Origin: an uncultured delta proteobacterium
Lineage (GTDB): Bacteria; Desulfobacterota; RBG-13-43-22
Length of the DNA stretch: 64,000 nucleotides
Direction of reading: 5' to 3'
Assembly (NCBI GenBank): GCA_963711835.1
Contig: CAVQFQ010000012.1
Location: 83,776-147,775 of the forward strand
The notes under the pieces were generated by a model. It made no database searches and was not told the origin of the DNA. It saw only the letters and a list, made by a program, of their open reading frames with translations. Position numbers and translations under genes: made by a program. Below, piece after piece: positions 61,453 to 64,000 of the stretch (its first letter is position 1; each line of letters starts with the position of its first letter).

Positions 61453-62976
61453 CTATTTGGTCGCAAACTCTTCCCGCATGACCCGCTTGAGCACTTTTCC
61501 GGCGATGTTTCTGGGAAAGGATTCCACGATCACCACTTCCTGGACTCGTTGAAACTTTGCCTCCACATTCTCGTTAATCCATGTCTTGAGCGCCTCCGGC
61601 GTCACCGCGCCGGTTTTGCGGAGCGTAACGGCAGCCACGGGGCTTTCGCCCCACTTCTCGCTCGGGATCCCGAAGACCGCAGCCTCCAGCACGGCCGGGT
61701 GCTGAACAATGATCTCCTCGATATCCCTCGGGTAAACGTTGACGCCTCCCGATATGATCATGTCCTTTTTGCGATCCACCAGGTACAAAAATCCTTCCTC
61801 ATCCACATACCCCATGTCACCGGTAAAGAGCCACCCGTTGCGTATGGCCTCCTTTGTGAGATCCGGACGTTTGTAGTAATGGGGCATGAGAACGGGCCCG
61901 CGCCCAACGATCTCTCCCACCGTTCCTGGTGGCACGTCATTTCCGGTGTCATCACAGATGCGCATCTCGTAGAACGGTGGTGGGACGCCCACCGATGTCG
62001 GCTTCCTTGCGTAGTCGTTCTTGTCCATGATAGTGAGAAAGCCTTCCGTCAGACCGTAGAGATCATAGAGGCGGCCGGGCAAACGCCGGTTCAGTTCATC
62101 CTTGTGCTCTTGATGGAGCGGCGCCCCAACGTTGCAAATCATTTCCAGAGACGAAAGGGCCTCCTTGGAAAAGTTCTCTGAGTGAAGGATCGCGATGATC
62201 TGGGCGGGCACCATGATCACGTGGGTTACCCGTTCCTTCTCAACCGTTTCGATGAAGGCCTGGCCATCGAACTGCGGGTGAAGGATGTAGGTGGCCCCCA
62301 GGAACAGGGATGGCATCAGCGTTACAAAGGCGCCGTTGAACACAACGGAGCCCGTGTGAATGATCACGCTTTCGGGCGTCATCCGAAAAGACGTCGCCCC
62401 CAGCAGACAATACATGCTGCGAATGAAATGGGTGTGGACGATCCCTTTCGGCTGGCCCGTCGTGCCACTGCTGTAGATGATGTTGAACATGTCGTCGTCT
62501 TTGATTTCCACATACTGGGGCTCCTGGTCGCCGGCTTTGGCCTTGAGCGCATGGTAGTGCTGGTAGCCGGGGACGTCCGCACGGTCGGTCAAGATATATC
62601 TGTCCGGGAGAATCGCATGGAGCTCCGGCCTGATTTCTTCGAGGGTTTTTAGGAAGCCCGAATACGTAATCACCATGACCGAATCCGAGTCCTCCAGGAG
62701 GCTCTTGAGACCCTTCCCCATGAGAAGCGTGCTAAGCGGCACGACCACCGCTCCGATCCTGGCTACCGCCCAGAAAACTTCGAGCAGCTCGACACAGTTT
62801 GGAAGCAGCGTGGCAATCTTATCCCCCTTCCGCACTCCCATGTCCAGAAGCGCGTTGGCCAGGCGGTTTACGTTTTGATTGTATTCCAGGTAGGTGAACC
62901 GCTGGTCCCCGAAAACGAACGCCAGCTTATCCGGTATCCGTTTTGCGTGTTGACTCAAAAGCCTTCCAATGTTCAT
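61453..62976 (-). CDS. Acyl-CoA ligase
   Basis: YSSGTTGQPKG, YGLTEG, WLFTGD, DRKKDMIISGG, PRNIAGK; ATG 62976 after GGAGGAG. Confidence 0.95.
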   Translation of the reverse strand: MNIGRLLSQHAKRIPDKLAFVFGDQRFTYLEYNQNVNRLANALLDMGVRKGDKIATLLPNCVELLEVFWAVARIGAVVVPLSTLLMGKGLKSLLEDSDSVMVITYSGFLKTLEEIRPELHAILPDRYILTDRADVPGYQHYHALKAKAGDQEPQYVEIKDDDMFNIIYSSGTTGQPKGIVHTHFIRSMYCLLGATSFRMTPESVIIHTGSVVFNGAFVTLMPSLFLGATYILHPQFDGQAFIETVEKERVTHVIMVPAQIIAILHSENFSKEALSSLEMICNVGAPLHQEHKDELNRRLPGRLYDLYGLTEGFLTIMDKNDYARKPTSVGVPPPFYEMRICDDTGNDVPPGTVGEIVGRGPVLMPHYYKRPDLTKEAIRNGWLFTGDMGYVDEEGFLYLVDRKKDMIISGGVNVYPRDIEEIIVQHPAVLEAAVFGIPSEKWGESPVAAVTLRKTGAVTPEALKTWINENVEAKFQRVQEVVIVESFPRNIAGKVLKRVMREEFATK

Positions 62977-63006
62977 GATGGAACTCCTCCGTCTTTTTGA
63001 TTTATC

Positions 63007-63052
63007 TGCAAAAAAAGGGATGGGAGGCCGGAAGCCCGCCATCCCTTTTGCA
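63007..63052 (-). terminator. Stem-loop after livK
   Basis: AAAAGGGATGG...CCATCCCTTTT with a U-tract on the minus strand. Confidence 0.6.
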
Positions 63053-63074
63053 ATCTGTCTCTATTTAGTTCTGA

Positions 63075-64000
63075 TCACTTAACTCCGGCACATCGGGGAT
63101 TCCCTGTCTCTCCAGGTGGAACGGCCACTTTATCTAACGGGATCATCACAGGCGTCCCGGCAAAGGGGAAAGGGAAAATCGTTGACTTGGCCTGTATTTC
63201 GCCGACGGGCCCGGGCATCATGATTTGATGGTCGCAGGCTCGCATGATCTGCTTCCCAACCAGGCTATCATACTCCATCCCCTCCCAAGCCTTGATGACT
63301 GCTTCGGCATCAAAGGATTTGGCTTTCTTGATCGCCTCGAAGAGAAACATCGCGCCATTGTAAGCATACCCAAGATTCGCGGCCGGCCAAGGGTGGGCTG
63401 TATCTTTAAACTTCTTATGCCATCGTTCCACGAAGGCTTTGTTTTGCGGATTATTGATCGATGCCAGGTAGGTGCTGTTCACAAAACTTCCTACCGCCGC
63501 CTGGCCAGTTTGGGGGAGCTGCACATCGTCATCCAGGAAGTAAGTGGCGTAGCGAACCGGAAGCTTGATCCCCATCTGAGCCCCCTGTACAATCAGGTTT
63601 TGCAAGTCTGCACCAAAGTTCCCGGTGAAAATGATCTCCGCTCCGCTGGCCAGGATCTTAGAAATGTAAGGGCCAAAATCCTTTTGGCCGATTGGCGCAT
63701 AGTCTTCTCCCACGATTTTTGCGTCCGGAATCTCCTTGGCGATCACCTTTTTGAAATCATCAGCCACGGCATGGCCAAAGGCGTAGTCTTGGTTCATGAG
63801 ATAGAACTTTCGCCAGGGCTTGGTCTTGAAGAATTCGGCGTAGGCGCGAGCGCGGTTGCCGGTAGTGAAGCAGGTGCGGAAGGTATACTTATTGAAATTC
63901 TTGCCGGTGAGGAAATCCGATTCTGCTCCAAGGATTGCATAAATCACTTTGTTCTTCTCGGCTACATCCATCAACGCCTGGGCCACAGCCGTGGAGGTAA
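63075..64000 (-). CDS. livK: LIV-type substrate-binding protein, 5' end outside the window
   Basis: YTFRT, NQDYAFG, KDFGPYI, MRACDHQ. Confidence 0.9.
   Translation of the reverse strand, partial: TSTAVAQALMDVAEKNKVIYAILGAESDFLTGKNFNKYTFRTCFTTGNRARAYAEFFKTKPWRKFYLMNQDYAFGHAVADDFKKVIAKEIPDAKIVGEDYAPIGQKDFGPYISKILASGAEIIFTGNFGADLQNLIVQGAQMGIKLPVRYATYFLDDDVQLPQTGQAAVGSFVNSTYLASINNPQNKAFVERWHKKFKDTAHPWPAANLGYAYNGAMFLFEAIKKAKSFDAEAVIKAWEGMEYDSLVGKQIMRACDHQIMMPGPVGEIQAKSTIFPFPFAGTPVMIPLDKVAVPPGETGNPRCAGVK

Overview
A 64 kb bacterial window. GC content, gene content and repeat types suggest an anaerobic deltaproteobacterium (Desulfobacterota/Syntrophales-like); this is inference. The core (11.6-46.4 kb) is a large, mostly minus-strand acyl-CoA catabolic cluster. 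It holds a crotonase, an FNR/2Fe-2S reductase, a phytoene-desaturase-like flavoprotein, three acyl-CoA ligases, two acyl-CoA dehydrogenases, a biotin carboxylase, BCCP and two divergent carboxyltransferases. It also holds a beta-keto acid cleavage enzyme, FadH, an LvaA/LvaB-like kinase pair, an SDR, an XRE-cupin regulator and two LIV-type ABC importers. The left flank has toxin-antitoxin remnants, a PAS-PAS-GGDEF cyclase, a NucS-like nuclease and two GT-C/discoidin membrane proteins. The right flank has an integron-like attC array with no integrase in the window and a thrice-repeated ORF-less palindromic cassette, more TA and transposase remnants, a third LIV operon, a RAYT transposase with terminal inverted repeats, an aldehyde:ferredoxin oxidoreductase, a fourth CoA ligase and a fourth LivK. 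Non-coding DNA is dense with palindromic elements, including a 132-bp MITE inserted twice at the same register of a RAYT-end motif and 7/8/9-mer periodic hairpins, one carrying a four-helix-bundle gene. Many genes have single-base frameshifts that are most likely assembly errors. No rRNA, tRNA or CRISPR array was seen.
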